64,000 nucleotides of DNA, taken from Bacteroidota bacterium (GTDB taxonomy: Bacteria; Bacteroidota; Bacteroidia; Flavobacteriales_D; UBA2798). Shown here in pieces: positions 18,067 through 27,118 of the stretch. The notes under the pieces are model-generated. The model saw only the letters and a list, made by a program, of their open reading frames with translations, searched no databases and was not told the origin of the DNA. Position 1 is the first letter of the stretch. Each line of letters opens with the position of its first letter. Position numbers and translations under genes: made by a program. The stretch covers positions 3,723 through 67,722 of the forward strand of contig JBMORL010000100.1 in assembly GCA_049322335.1 (NCBI GenBank), given 5' to 3'.

Positions 18067-18870
18067 ATGGCTGATATTTCGCAGGCCAACTACCACTTAT
18101 CTGTTGAAGCAGGAAGTGGTTTTTTATTTGTAATGGCCTGCAACCGCCAGCAACGTTCATGTGAAGACATCGAAATCATTTCCACCGAAGCCAATACACC
18201 TCTGCGTTTTTCTTCTCTTCTTCAAAAATCACCGTGGCTCCAATCGCGGCCGTTTAGTGTTTCTTTCAGCCATTGCGACCTTAGATCTACCCTTGTTCCC
18301 CTTGAATTATTTGAACCTTCACAAAAAGAAAAATATTTATCCCTCAATTGCGAAATCAGCCCGGCTGATACGACCTGGCATTACACCATTCATAGCATAC
18401 AAAGCGAAATTATTTTTTCCATCGACACACAGCTTAAGCGCGATTTCGAAAAGACATTTCCTTCCATCGTATTCCGCCATTCTTCTTCGCTGATGATTGA
18501 TTATATCCAGTCGTTCATCAACGCAAAACCCACTTTTTATATTCAATTCTATCCCGGGCTCATGCAACTGGCCGTGATGGAAAACCGCAGGCTCTTGTTT
18601 TTCAATTCCTATACGCGCAAAACTCCTGAAGACACCATTTATTATACTCTTTTTGTTGCCGAACAATTAAAACTTCAGCCAAAAGACGTGCGCATTACAC
18701 TAATGGGTGAAGTGATGCCAAATGACGACACCCACCAGATGCTGAACCGCTATTTTGGCGATGTGGGATTTTGTGCCGGCCCGCAGGGAATAACCTTTGG
18801 TGAAAAAATGAAACATCATCCACAGCACCGGTTTATCCAACTCATTAACCAGTTTAAATGCGAATTATAG
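18067..18870 (+). CDS. DUF3822 family protein
   Basis: STLVPLELFE, LLFFNSY...EDTIYYTLFV; stop overlaps the rsmD start. Confidence 0.82.
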   Translation: MADISQANYHLSVEAGSGFLFVMACNRQQRSCEDIEIISTEANTPLRFSSLLQKSPWLQSRPFSVSFSHCDLRSTLVPLELFEPSQKEKYLSLNCEISPADTTWHYTIHSIQSEIIFSIDTQLKRDFEKTFPSIVFRHSSSLMIDYIQSFINAKPTFYIQFYPGLMQLAVMENRRLLFFNSYTRKTPEDTIYYTLFVAEQLKLQPKDVRITLMGEVMPNDDTHQMLNRYFGDVGFCAGPQGITFGEKMKHHPQHRFIQLINQFKCEL

Positions 18871-19391
18871 GCGGAACACTAAAAGGCCGTAAGCTCAACG
18901 CTCCTCACCTGCCCGATGCCCGGCCCACCACCGATTTTGCCCGCGAAAGCCTTTTTAATATTCTTCAGTCGCGTTATGACCTGGAGAGGATAAAAGTGCT
19001 CGATCTTTTTGCCGGTTCGGGAAGTATTGCCTTCGAGTTTATTTCGAGAGGAGCTTTTCAGGTAACCTGTGTCGACCTTTACGCACCGGGACTGGCTTTT
19101 ATCAGGAATACCGCCAAAGACTGGGAAGTGAACATAGAAACCGTAAAATCAGATGTTTTTCGGTTTTTAAAAGGGAAAACTACCCCATACGATATTGTTT
19201 TTGCCGATCCTCCCTTTGAACATAAAGGTGTAACCGAACTACCGGGGCTGGTTATAGATAATGGTTGGGTAAAGGAAAATGGCTTGTTTATTGCAGAACA
19301 CGGCAAAGCAGGCCAATTCAATGGATTTGGTAAATTTGTTGAAGAACGGACTTATGGAAAAGTCCACTTTAGTTTTTTTAAGAATGAATAA
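18858..19391 (+). CDS. rsmD: 16S rRNA m2G966 methyltransferase RsmD
   Basis: MRIIGG, RPTTD..RESLFNIL, LDLFAGSG, DPPF. Confidence 0.95.
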   Translation: MRIIGGTLKGRKLNAPHLPDARPTTDFARESLFNILQSRYDLERIKVLDLFAGSGSIAFEFISRGAFQVTCVDLYAPGLAFIRNTAKDWEVNIETVKSDVFRFLKGKTTPYDIVFADPPFEHKGVTELPGLVIDNGWVKENGLFIAEHGKAGQFNGFGKFVEERTYGKVHFSFFKNE

Positions 19392-19854
19392 TCCCCGCAT
19401 AGCCATTTTTCCCGGCACGTTCGACCCTATTACAAAAGGGCATGAAGCGTTGGTTCGCAGGGCTTTGCCATTGTTTGATAAAGTGATTATTGCAGTGGGA
19501 GTAAATTCCACGAAAAATGCCATGTTTGCCATGGAACAGCGTCAAAAATGGATATCGGAACTGTTTGCGGGCGAATCAAAAGTGGAGGTGGTTGCGTATG
19601 AAGGGCTAACCATTGATTTATGCAGAAAGCACAATGCCCGTTATATTTTAAGGGGGCTGCGCACTTCGGCCGATTTTGAATATGAAAAAGCTATCAGCCA
19701 GATGAACCGTGAAATGGCAAAGGATATTGAAACCGTTTTTATGGCCACCGACCCGGTGTATTCGGCCATTAATTCTACCATTGTAAGGGAAATCATTAAA
19801 AATGGCGGTGACATCAGTGCATTTGTACCTGCTGTTGTTTCTGTAAAAAAATAA
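19384..19854 (+). CDS. coaD: Phosphopantetheine adenylyltransferase
   Basis: FPGTFDPITKGH, RGLR..DFEYE, NSTIVREI. Confidence 0.97.
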   Translation: MNNPRIAIFPGTFDPITKGHEALVRRALPLFDKVIIAVGVNSTKNAMFAMEQRQKWISELFAGESKVEVVAYEGLTIDLCRKHNARYILRGLRTSADFEYEKAISQMNREMAKDIETVFMATDPVYSAINSTIVREIIKNGGDISAFVPAVVSVKK

Positions 19855-19866
19855 TACCGTGCGGTT

Positions 19867-21324
19867 ATGAGGAAAAGTGTTGTTGTATTGCTTTTATTTT
19901 TTTTACCGCTGCTGAATGCAGTGGCTGAGAAAACTGTGATCAACGGAAAAGCTCCTGCCTATGCCGGGAAAAAGATCACCCTGAATATTTACGAGGATTA
20001 CCTGTCGTTTACCCTGAAAAGATTAACTGAAACCACCATCAGCAGCGAAGGAAAATTTACTCTTGAATATGATTTTAGCGCAATCAGCGAAGTGGTGATG
20101 CGCATTGACGGGGTTTCGGCCTATATGTATGTGCAACCCGGAAGCACTTATTCCATCACCGTTAGTGATGTAGAGCAAGGCGTGCATAAAATATTTTACA
20201 ACAACGAAACCGAAACGAATTTCGATACGCTTGAAACCTACGATATCAATAACCTGATACTGGATTTCGATTACCGCTTTGATATGTTTATCAGGGAAAA
20301 ACATCTGATGATTGGAAGTCCCAATTTCAGAATTGAACTTGATACATTTAAAAATCAAATTTCGGGGTTGTATAAAGACATCAAAAATCCGTATTTCCGC
20401 GATTATGTATATTATTCTTTCGCCTCTACCGACCAGTTGGGCAACAGCGCCAAAATGGACCTGTCTATTCAAAAAGCGTTGTTGTTTAAAGAATACCTGT
20501 CGTCAGGAAAAATAAAATACGATCACGGGCAATTCATGTTATTCTTTAACCAGTTTTACACGGATGTTTTCAAACTCACTTTTGTTACCAATGAAACAGC
20601 GCTGGCAAAGGCGATAAATTCAAAATCGAGTCCGAAGATGCTGCACGATCTGCTAAAACAGGATGATTTTTTAAAAAACGAACAGGTGCGCGAACTGGTG
20701 ATCATTAAGGGACTGATGGAAGAATACTATACCAATAATTACTACCAGGAAAACATCATTACCATTCTCGATTCCATCCGCGATTTTTCGATTTATAACG
20801 ACAACCGGGTTATAGCAGGAAACGTAAGGCAGTTGCTTACTCATTTGGGCGTGGGTTATGACGCTCCTTTTTTCTCCATGAAAAACCAGAAAGACGAACC
20901 GGTTTCTATGGCTACATTCAGGGGAAAATATGTTTACCTGCAATTCTGGAGTACATGGAATACCACCAGCGTTACCGAAATGAAACTGGTGGCACAACTT
21001 AAAAAACGCTACGGGCAGGATTTTGAATTCATCAGCATCAGCCTGGACGAAGACAAAGAGGAATGGAAAAAATTTATGAAAGCGCATCCTGAATTTAACT
21101 GGACACAACTGCACTACAGTGATTATCCTGAAATCATTTCTGATTTCCGCATCAATTCGCTTCCTCAATATTACCTCTTTGGCCCCGATGGAAAATTCAT
21201 TCAGTCGCCTGCCTATCGCCCAACACCCAATGGCACATTTATTTCGATAGACAAAACCATGTGGGAAATTTCGATGAGATTACATCCGGATTATAAAAGC
21301 GGGGGAACACCAAGAGACAGGTAG
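19867..21324 (+). CDS. Secreted protein with a C-terminal TlpA/redoxin-like domain lacking CxxC
   Basis: Signal peptide; FRGKYVYLQFWSTWN (no WCxxC), ISISLD, INSLPQYYLFGPDGK. Confidence 0.8.
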   Translation: MRKSVVVLLLFFLPLLNAVAEKTVINGKAPAYAGKKITLNIYEDYLSFTLKRLTETTISSEGKFTLEYDFSAISEVVMRIDGVSAYMYVQPGSTYSITVSDVEQGVHKIFYNNETETNFDTLETYDINNLILDFDYRFDMFIREKHLMIGSPNFRIELDTFKNQISGLYKDIKNPYFRDYVYYSFASTDQLGNSAKMDLSIQKALLFKEYLSSGKIKYDHGQFMLFFNQFYTDVFKLTFVTNETALAKAINSKSSPKMLHDLLKQDDFLKNEQVRELVIIKGLMEEYYTNNYYQENIITILDSIRDFSIYNDNRVIAGNVRQLLTHLGVGYDAPFFSMKNQKDEPVSMATFRGKYVYLQFWSTWNTTSVTEMKLVAQLKKRYGQDFEFISISLDEDKEEWKKFMKAHPEFNWTQLHYSDYPEIISDFRINSLPQYYLFGPDGKFIQSPAYRPTPNGTFISIDKTMWEISMRLHPDYKSGGTPRDR

Positions 21325-21327
21325 GAG

Positions 21328-21440
21328 ATTATAGGTTTTAGGTTATACGTTTTATGTTTGTGGTTTGAAATTTGAAATTCACCTGCCCCTTTGTCCCATG
21401 TCCCCTTGTCCCGATTTTTTGTTTTAGGTTATGAAATTCA
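21328..21440. repeat. Degenerate 7-bp-period tracts (TTTTAGG / TTTGAAA / TTGTCCC)
   Basis: Tandem units visible between convergent genes; the 21385-21412 block matches 38891-38916 in reverse complement. Confidence 0.7.
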
Positions 21441-21473
21441 ATGAAAGTTTTTATTCTGCCTAAACTTAGAATT

Positions 21474-22079
21474 TCACACCACTTGTTTCAACACATCTTT
21501 TATTGATTCAAAAGTATTTTCGAAAACATCGTCCAGATCATTTTTTGCGCGCCATTCTGCTTTTTCTATTCCTTCTTCTTTTTGGGGAACTAAAGTCTCG
21601 TGGCCGTTATATTTCATTTTATACCACCAGGTGGTTTTAAATACCCATGAGCCGGTGAGCGGGTAACAATGGTAAGTAGGGATAAGTTTTTTTTCTATGA
21701 TATGGCCGTGAATTCCGCATTCCTCCTCCACTTCACGCAATGAGGCGGGTTCACTTATTTCCCCCGATTCGAGTTTTCCTTTGGGAAGATCCCATTTCCC
21801 GTTGCGGAAGATCAACAGTAATTTACCTTCATTGTTTTCCACTACTCCGCCTGCTGCTTCAATAAACTGGTGGTCGTTAAAAACAAATTTTACCAAACTT
21901 TCAGGGTCGGGATGAAGCAACAAAACCGGCTTTTTTATCGTCCCGTTTTTGAATTGCTGCACTACAGGTTTTCCCTCTTTGGGATCGCTGCAGGAAATTT
22001 TTACAACAGAATTTTCTGTTAACAACTTGTCGTCAGCAGCAAGGTAAAGGGGAATGTTGTTTATAAAAACTTTATACAT
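21474..22079 (-). CDS. NUDIX hydrolase
   Basis: AAGG, WDLPKGKLESGEISEPASLREVEEECG Nudix box. Confidence 0.93.
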   Translation of the reverse strand: MYKVFINNIPLYLAADDKLLTENSVVKISCSDPKEGKPVVQQFKNGTIKKPVLLLHPDPESLVKFVFNDHQFIEAAGGVVENNEGKLLLIFRNGKWDLPKGKLESGEISEPASLREVEEECGIHGHIIEKKLIPTYHCYPLTGSWVFKTTWWYKMKYNGHETLVPQKEEGIEKAEWRAKNDLDDVFENTFESIKDVLKQVV

Positions 22080-22082
22080 TTG
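22075..22082 (+). promoter_or_regulatory. -7 element TACATTTG for pyrE (near-leaderless)
   Basis: TAnnTTTG match 5 nt before ATG 22088; overlaps the NUDIX start codon. Confidence 0.65.
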
Positions 22083-22087
22083 CGGCC

Positions 22088-22741
22088 ATGTCGGTTAAAG
22101 ACGAATCAGCGCTAAAGGTAGCAGAATTTCTGTTGCAAATTAAAGCAGTAAAACTGCAGCCGGGCAAACCATTTACGTGGGCCAGCGGATTAAAATCTCC
22201 TATTTATTGCGACAACCGTATAACGCTTTCATTTCCACAGATACGCACATTTATCCGCCAGCAATTTGTAAAAGTGATAGAAAAAAACTTTGCCAAAGCC
22301 AATGTGATAGTTGGCGTGGCCACCGGGGGAATTGCACAGGGAGCACTTGTTGCACAGGAACTGGGATTGCCGTTTGCTTATGTGCGTCCGGAACCCAAAT
22401 CACACGGACTGGGAAACCAGGTGGAAGGCGTGATTGAAAAAGGGCAATCGGTAGTAGTAATAGAAGACCTTGTTTCCACAGGTAAAAGTTCGCTGAATGC
22501 TGTAGATGCCATTCTTGCTTCGGGAGGAATAGTAAAAGGTATGGCTGCTATTTTCACTTATGGATTTGATGATGCAACAAAAAATTTTAAGTCTAAAAAA
22601 ATTCCCCTTCATACACTTTGTAATTATGATATTTTATTGCAACAGGCGGTACAATCAGAATACATCAGCGAAAAAGACGTGGAATCGCTGAAAGAGTGGA
22701 AAAAAGACCCCAAAGCCTGGAGCGCGAAACATTCCAAATGA
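22088..22741 (+). CDS. pyrE: Orotate phosphoribosyltransferase
   Basis: FTWASGLKSPIYCDNR, VVVIEDLVSTGKS PRPP motif. Confidence 0.97.
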   Translation: MSVKDESALKVAEFLLQIKAVKLQPGKPFTWASGLKSPIYCDNRITLSFPQIRTFIRQQFVKVIEKNFAKANVIVGVATGGIAQGALVAQELGLPFAYVRPEPKSHGLGNQVEGVIEKGQSVVVIEDLVSTGKSSLNAVDAILASGGIVKGMAAIFTYGFDDATKNFKSKKIPLHTLCNYDILLQQAVQSEYISEKDVESLKEWKKDPKAWSAKHSK

Positions 22742-23145
22742 CTACTATTAACAGCAATACGGTAACCGTTAGAAATTCGGCAAAGGAAGTACATACCTGG
22801 TTATGCGATATGAATAATTTCAGGCAGTTACTTCCGGAGGACAAGATCAGTGACTGGCAATCGGACACTACACGGTGCAGTTTCAAGGTACAAAACGCCA
22901 TCAATATCCCGCTGGTATTCGTATCCAAAACCGATTACAGCCTCATACATATCAAATCAGGAGAAAAAGCACCATTTCCGTTTACCCTGGATGTACATAT
23001 TAAAGAAAAAGGAGAAAATGAATGCGAGGGGCATCTTGTTTTTAATGGTGAACTGAATGTATTCCTGAAAATGGTAGCCGAGCGCCCGCTTGAAAATTTA
23101 TTTAACCACATTGCCAAACGTGTGGTGGAAGTAAAATCGGTTTGA
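22738..23145 (+). CDS. SRPBCC-like hypothetical protein
   Basis: ATGA overlap with pyrE; DMNNFRQLLPE...LNVFLKMVAERPLENLF. Confidence 0.75.
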   Translation: MTTINSNTVTVRNSAKEVHTWLCDMNNFRQLLPEDKISDWQSDTTRCSFKVQNAINIPLVFVSKTDYSLIHIKSGEKAPFPFTLDVHIKEKGENECEGHLVFNGELNVFLKMVAERPLENLFNHIAKRVVEVKSV

Positions 23146-23290
23146 ACCCGGATTATGCATTAGGATTGTAATGTAGTAATGCGCAGAAGATTATCAAAAA
23201 AACGTATCCGGGTTTAACCCCGATGAAACGCAGTTTCCACCGGCCCTTGGCAAATTTTTCATTCTTCTAATGCAAAGTTTGGGTTGAAAT

Positions 23291-23323
23291 AAAAAACCCC
23301 GCACTGTTAAAACAGCCGGGGTT
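23291..23323 (-). terminator. Intrinsic terminator
   Basis: AACCCCG..CTGTT-AA-AACAG.CGGGGTT with A6 on the plus strand (U-tract on minus). Confidence 0.72.
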
Positions 23324-23343
23324 AAGTATAATTGTTTATTCTT

Positions 23344-23736
23344 TTATTTAGACACTAAGAAAACCTGTGTTCCTTTTCCGCATTTATCCGTAGTGTATTC
23401 ACATGTAATTTTACTTCCTTCACAGGAAACGATTTTCACTTTCACCACGTCACCTTTTTTAAGGCATCCGGCCACATTAGTCAGTTTTTTAAGTGTGAGG
23501 TGATACTCAGTATCACTGATCCATTTCATATCAGAAATAATTTTCGATTTACTATCGTTAAATATTTCTGTTTGCATGCCTTCCACACGCACCAGTTTAT
23601 ATTTTCCTTCCTGTCCCTGCAATGTATAATGCCCGGTATGGAATTTTTTGTGGCAATCATCGTCTGGCGGAACAAAGCTGTAAAGAATGATAGAAGGAAT
23701 CAGCAGCGCCAGGTAAAATAGTACGATCTTTTTCAT
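23344..23736 (-). CDS. Secreted hypothetical protein
   Basis: Signal peptide MKKIVLFYLALL; CHKKFHTGHY...W...EY.L pattern. Confidence 0.7.
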   Translation of the reverse strand: MKKIVLFYLALLIPSIILYSFVPPDDDCHKKFHTGHYTLQGQEGKYKLVRVEGMQTEIFNDSKSKIISDMKWISDTEYHLTLKKLTNVAGCLKKGDVVKVKIVSCEGSKITCEYTTDKCGKGTQVFLVSK

Positions 23737-24002
23737 GGTTTGAATGTGTTGAAGCACCTTTCTGACAACAAGGCATACACCTTATTCATCAGCCAGCTGC
23801 CCGGTTAATTATGCGGTTTATACTCTATTCGTTTTAGTATTGTTTCAAAATTAGTAAATATTTAGCAAAAAGAGGGCCAGGATTGCTATCCTAAAATGAT
23901 GTGAATCAATAAATTCTACCATGAATGATAATTTTTTTACCATAACCCCGGTTAGAGGATGTGCGTATCTTTATGCAGGTAACAACAATTAATTTACGCG
24001 CT

Positions 24003-25229
24003 ATGAAAAAATACATTTTTCTATTATTAACAGGGCTGGTGCCGGGTGCCGGCTCCAATGTCTACTCACAATGGCAGATCCTCAACTTTCCATCCAATAT
24101 GGCTCTCGACCGGGGATCCTTTCCAACCGCACAGGTTGGATTTGTAGCCAATTCCAACAACAATAAACTTTGGAGGACTATAGACGGTGGAGCAACATGG
24201 GACAGTATCACCTTTGCCAACAGCGTAAGAGATGTTGATTTCATATCAGCCGACACCGGGTTTGTAGTACATGGAACTCCTTCAACCTATAAACTAAGCA
24301 TTACTGTTAATGGTGGAAACACGTGGAGTGATGTAAATATACCTGTGCCCGCCTTTAACTATTGTAATATGGTTTATTTCACCAGTTACACGAATGGCGT
24401 TGTAACAATCTCCGAAGATTCGGTATTAATTACTTCAAATACCGGGGCGACCTGGACAAAAGCCGGATTGGGGGCTTATGGAATGATGGCCGAAAAAGAA
24501 CATATTAATAATGATACCTTAATTTTTACCGGTTCAGACGGAACCTTTGCCTACCGCGGAGCAATTTTCCGGTCGGATGACGGGGGAAATAACTGGCAAA
24601 CCATTATTCACGATTCGAGTTACACCGTTTTTACGGGAACCCATTTCCTGAACGGATCACTGGGATTTGCGGTGTATAACAACGGGTGGAATCCCGGAAT
24701 AAGTACGCTGATAAAAACAGATGACGGGGGCACAACATGGTCGGATTTTTACACTGATACCACCGTTATCTTCCAGGATGTTTTTATGAATTCGGTGAAC
24801 GGAGGATATATTATGGGAACCAATACCAATGGAACCAATGGCATTATATTAAAAACGAATAACGGCAGCACATGGACAACTGACTTCACTACTCCCTATC
24901 CCGCTGTAAGATTTATTAAAGGCGGCAATGCATTATATGGAATTGGCAATGGTGGTTTGGTGATTAAAAATTCTAACCCAAATGGTATAGAAGAATATAA
25001 AACAGAAGAAGGATTTTTGTATCCCAATCCATCAGACGGATTATATCAAACCGGTTTTACAGAAACCACTTCAGTAGCTATTTATAATGTATCAGGAAAA
25101 CTTTTAAAAACAGTTGTGCTTCCCGCTGGAGAAAAACTGGATGTGCGTGAGCTGAAAAACGGGATGTATATTGCCAGGTTTACTTCCAATAACATTAATG
25201 CAAAATCGCGACTGGTGATTGCGAGGTAG
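24003..25229 (+). CDS. BNR/YCF48-like beta-propeller protein with T9SS type-A CTD
   Basis: Repeated (S/T)xDGGxxW Asp-boxes; LYPNPS...IYNVSGKL...GMYI CTD. Confidence 0.9.
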   Translation: MKKYIFLLLTGLVPGAGSNVYSQWQILNFPSNMALDRGSFPTAQVGFVANSNNNKLWRTIDGGATWDSITFANSVRDVDFISADTGFVVHGTPSTYKLSITVNGGNTWSDVNIPVPAFNYCNMVYFTSYTNGVVTISEDSVLITSNTGATWTKAGLGAYGMMAEKEHINNDTLIFTGSDGTFAYRGAIFRSDDGGNNWQTIIHDSSYTVFTGTHFLNGSLGFAVYNNGWNPGISTLIKTDDGGTTWSDFYTDTTVIFQDVFMNSVNGGYIMGTNTNGTNGIILKTNNGSTWTTDFTTPYPAVRFIKGGNALYGIGNGGLVIKNSNPNGIEEYKTEEGFLYPNPSDGLYQTGFTETTSVAIYNVSGKLLKTVVLPAGEKLDVRELKNGMYIARFTSNNINAKSRLVIAR

Positions 25230-25235
25230 AGATTT

Positions 25236-25310
25236 GGGCAGTGGCAGCAGGCAGCAGGAAATCCCAATGACTATTGACTATTGACTTACTGACCAATGAC
25301 CACTAACAAT
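25236..25310 (+). repeat. Composite GGCAG / CAATGAC heptamer tract (left direct repeat)
   Basis: 25236-25279 is 36/44 identical, ungapped, to 25755-25798. Confidence 0.8.
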
Positions 25311-25313
25311 TGG

Positions 25314-25739
25314 TTAAATAATTTCCCACTCTTCTATTCCGCCTTTTACTATTTTAAACACCGGATGAGGTGAAAGTGTTTTCAGTTTTGAAATTTCCCT
25401 GAATTTTTCGGGATCGCGGGTTTTTAGTTTTTTAAGCAGGTGGGTGGTTTCAAATTCCATTTGCCCGCGGGTAACTTTCATTTTTACATTTTTAAACTTT
25501 CCGATTTTTTTTTGATTAAACTGATAGCCTCGTTTTTCTGCTTCAAAAGCGACAACGGATAAATAATAATTAACAGAAACTAACGGCTCAGGCATTGCTT
25601 TAAACCGGATGAGTTGGGGATGATTTTTATATCCTTTGGTTTTTCCTGCCAATACATGTTGCGCCAGCAGGGTTTCCCTCCACAAAGCTACCAGGCCTTT
25701 GGCATCAAGATATTGGGGATGGATGGACCAGATGCGCAT
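25314..25739 (-). CDS. Pyrimidine dimer DNA glycosylase / endonuclease V-like protein
   Basis: MRIWSIHPQYLDAKGLVALWRETLLAQ...GYKNHPQL signature. Confidence 0.88.
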   Translation of the reverse strand: MRIWSIHPQYLDAKGLVALWRETLLAQHVLAGKTKGYKNHPQLIRFKAMPEPLVSVNYYLSVVAFEAEKRGYQFNQKKIGKFKNVKMKVTRGQMEFETTHLLKKLKTRDPEKFREISKLKTLSPHPVFKIVKGGIEEWEII

Positions 25740-25754
25740 GATAATCAGTTAATC

Positions 25755-25798
25755 GGGCAGTTGCCGCGGGCAGTAGAAAACCCCAATGACCAATGACT
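25755..25798 (+). repeat. Composite GGCAG / CAATGAC tract (right direct repeat)
   Basis: 36/44 identical to 25236-25279. Confidence 0.8.
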
Positions 25799-25807
25799 TA
25801 AAAAACA

Positions 25808-26602
25808 TCACAACTCTGCTGCGCTGGCAATGAGTTCGGCAATATCGAGAACTTTTACTTCGTTTTCCTTGTTGAAGTTTTTTACCCCGTCTGTCATCAT
25901 GGTATTACAAAAAGGGCAACCCGTGGCAATGATGTTTGGTTTTAGTTCCAATGCCTCTTCGGTACGTTCTATATTTACTTCTTTATTTCCGTTTTCTGCT
26001 TCCTTGAACATTTGTGCGCCACCTGCTCCACAGCAAAAACCTTTTTGTTTGCATCGTTTCATTTCCACCAGTTCGGCATCCAGTTTCATAATCAGTTCAC
26101 GGGGAGCTTCATATACATCATTTCCGCGTCCGAGATAACAGGGATCGTGAAAAGTGATTTTTTTTCCTTTGAACTCTCCTCCGTCTTTCAGTTTCAGTTT
26201 CCCTGAATCGATAAGTGATTGCACAAATTGCGAGTGATGCACTACTTCATAATTTCCACCGAGTTCGGGATATTCGTTTTTTAACGTATTAAAACAATGG
26301 GGACAGGCTGTTACTATTTTTTTTATTTCATAACCGTTCAGCACCTGTATATTCTGCATAGCCTGCATCTGGAATAAAAATTCATTCCCCGCACGTTTGG
26401 CAGGATCTCCTGTGCACATTTCTTCTGTCCCCAATACTGCAAACTTCACGTTAGCAGCATTCAGGATTTTCACCAGTGCTTTGGTTATTTTTTTTGCGCG
26501 GTCATCAAAACTCCCGGAACAACCCACCCAGAATAGAATTTCGGGGCTTTCTCCGGAGGAGATCATTTGGCTTACTGTTTTTACTTCCAGGTTCTGATTC
26601 AT
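25808..26602 (-). CDS. (Fe-S)-binding protein with two CCG domains (C-terminal half of a FadF/HdrD-like oxidoreductase)
   Basis: WVGC, CTGDP, ACPHC, HDPCYLGR, CCGAGG, CPFC. Confidence 0.92.
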   Translation of the reverse strand: MNQNLEVKTVSQMISSGESPEILFWVGCSGSFDDRAKKITKALVKILNAANVKFAVLGTEEMCTGDPAKRAGNEFLFQMQAMQNIQVLNGYEIKKIVTACPHCFNTLKNEYPELGGNYEVVHHSQFVQSLIDSGKLKLKDGGEFKGKKITFHDPCYLGRGNDVYEAPRELIMKLDAELVEMKRCKQKGFCCGAGGAQMFKEAENGNKEVNIERTEEALELKPNIIATGCPFCNTMMTDGVKNFNKENEVKVLDIAELIASAAEL

Positions 26603-26616
26603 AATTCTATTATTTA

Positions 26617-26643
26617 GCAGCAGCGGCAGGAGGCAGCAGCAGT
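26617..26643 (-). repeat. CTGCC-family tract; one arm of an inverted repeat around the four-helix-bundle gene
   Basis: CAGCGGCAGGAGGCAGC is 14/17 identical to the reverse complement of 27081-27097. Confidence 0.65.
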
Positions 26644-26646
26644 TGT

Positions 26647-27039
26647 TTAGTTATCGTTATATTGTTTTTTCTTTGGCACAAATTTTTCGGGATTCTCACA
26701 CATACTCCCCAACATTCTTCCCACTTCTCTGTAACCTGAAATAATATCTTCAACTTCAGATACCGGAATATATTTACTGTCTCTTGCAAAATGCAACCAA
26801 ATAATTGTTTCCGTACATTCTCCATCAGCGTCAGACATTTTTGTAACGAAATGTTTTGGATAAATTCTCTTTCTGTATCCTTCGCCAATACAAACACATA
26901 TTGACCGGGAAGAACGTCTCACCTGATCCGTTAAAGAATATCTTTCCTCAGGAGGAAATTTCTTTGATAGTTCAAAAACTTCCATTCCAAGTTTATACGC
27001 TTTTTTGTATACAATCAATTCTTCGAATCCAAAACTCAT
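26647..27039 (-). CDS. Four helix bundle protein (23S rRNA intervening-sequence protein / Avd-like family)
   Basis: FEELIVYKKA, FPPEERYSLTDQVRRSSRSI...IGEGYRKR. Confidence 0.93.
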   Translation of the reverse strand: MSFGFEELIVYKKAYKLGMEVFELSKKFPPEERYSLTDQVRRSSRSICVCIGEGYRKRIYPKHFVTKMSDADGECTETIIWLHFARDSKYIPVSEVEDIISGYREVGRMLGSMCENPEKFVPKKKQYNDN

Positions 27040-27080
27040 TTTACCAACTATTAATTTTTAAACTGTTAAGCCTGCATTTC

Positions 27081-27108
27081 ACTGCCTGCTGCCACTGTAG
27101 CTGCCGCT
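27081..27108 (+). repeat. CTGCC-family tract; second arm of the inverted repeat
   Basis: ACTGCCTGCTGCCACTGTAGCTGCCGCT. Confidence 0.65.
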
Positions 27109-27118
27109 TTTTGTTTAA

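Noticed and set aside
26647..27039. Diversity-generating retroelement suggested by the Avd-like protein
   Set aside because: No reverse transcriptase in the window and no TR/VR pair with adenine-specific mismatches was seen
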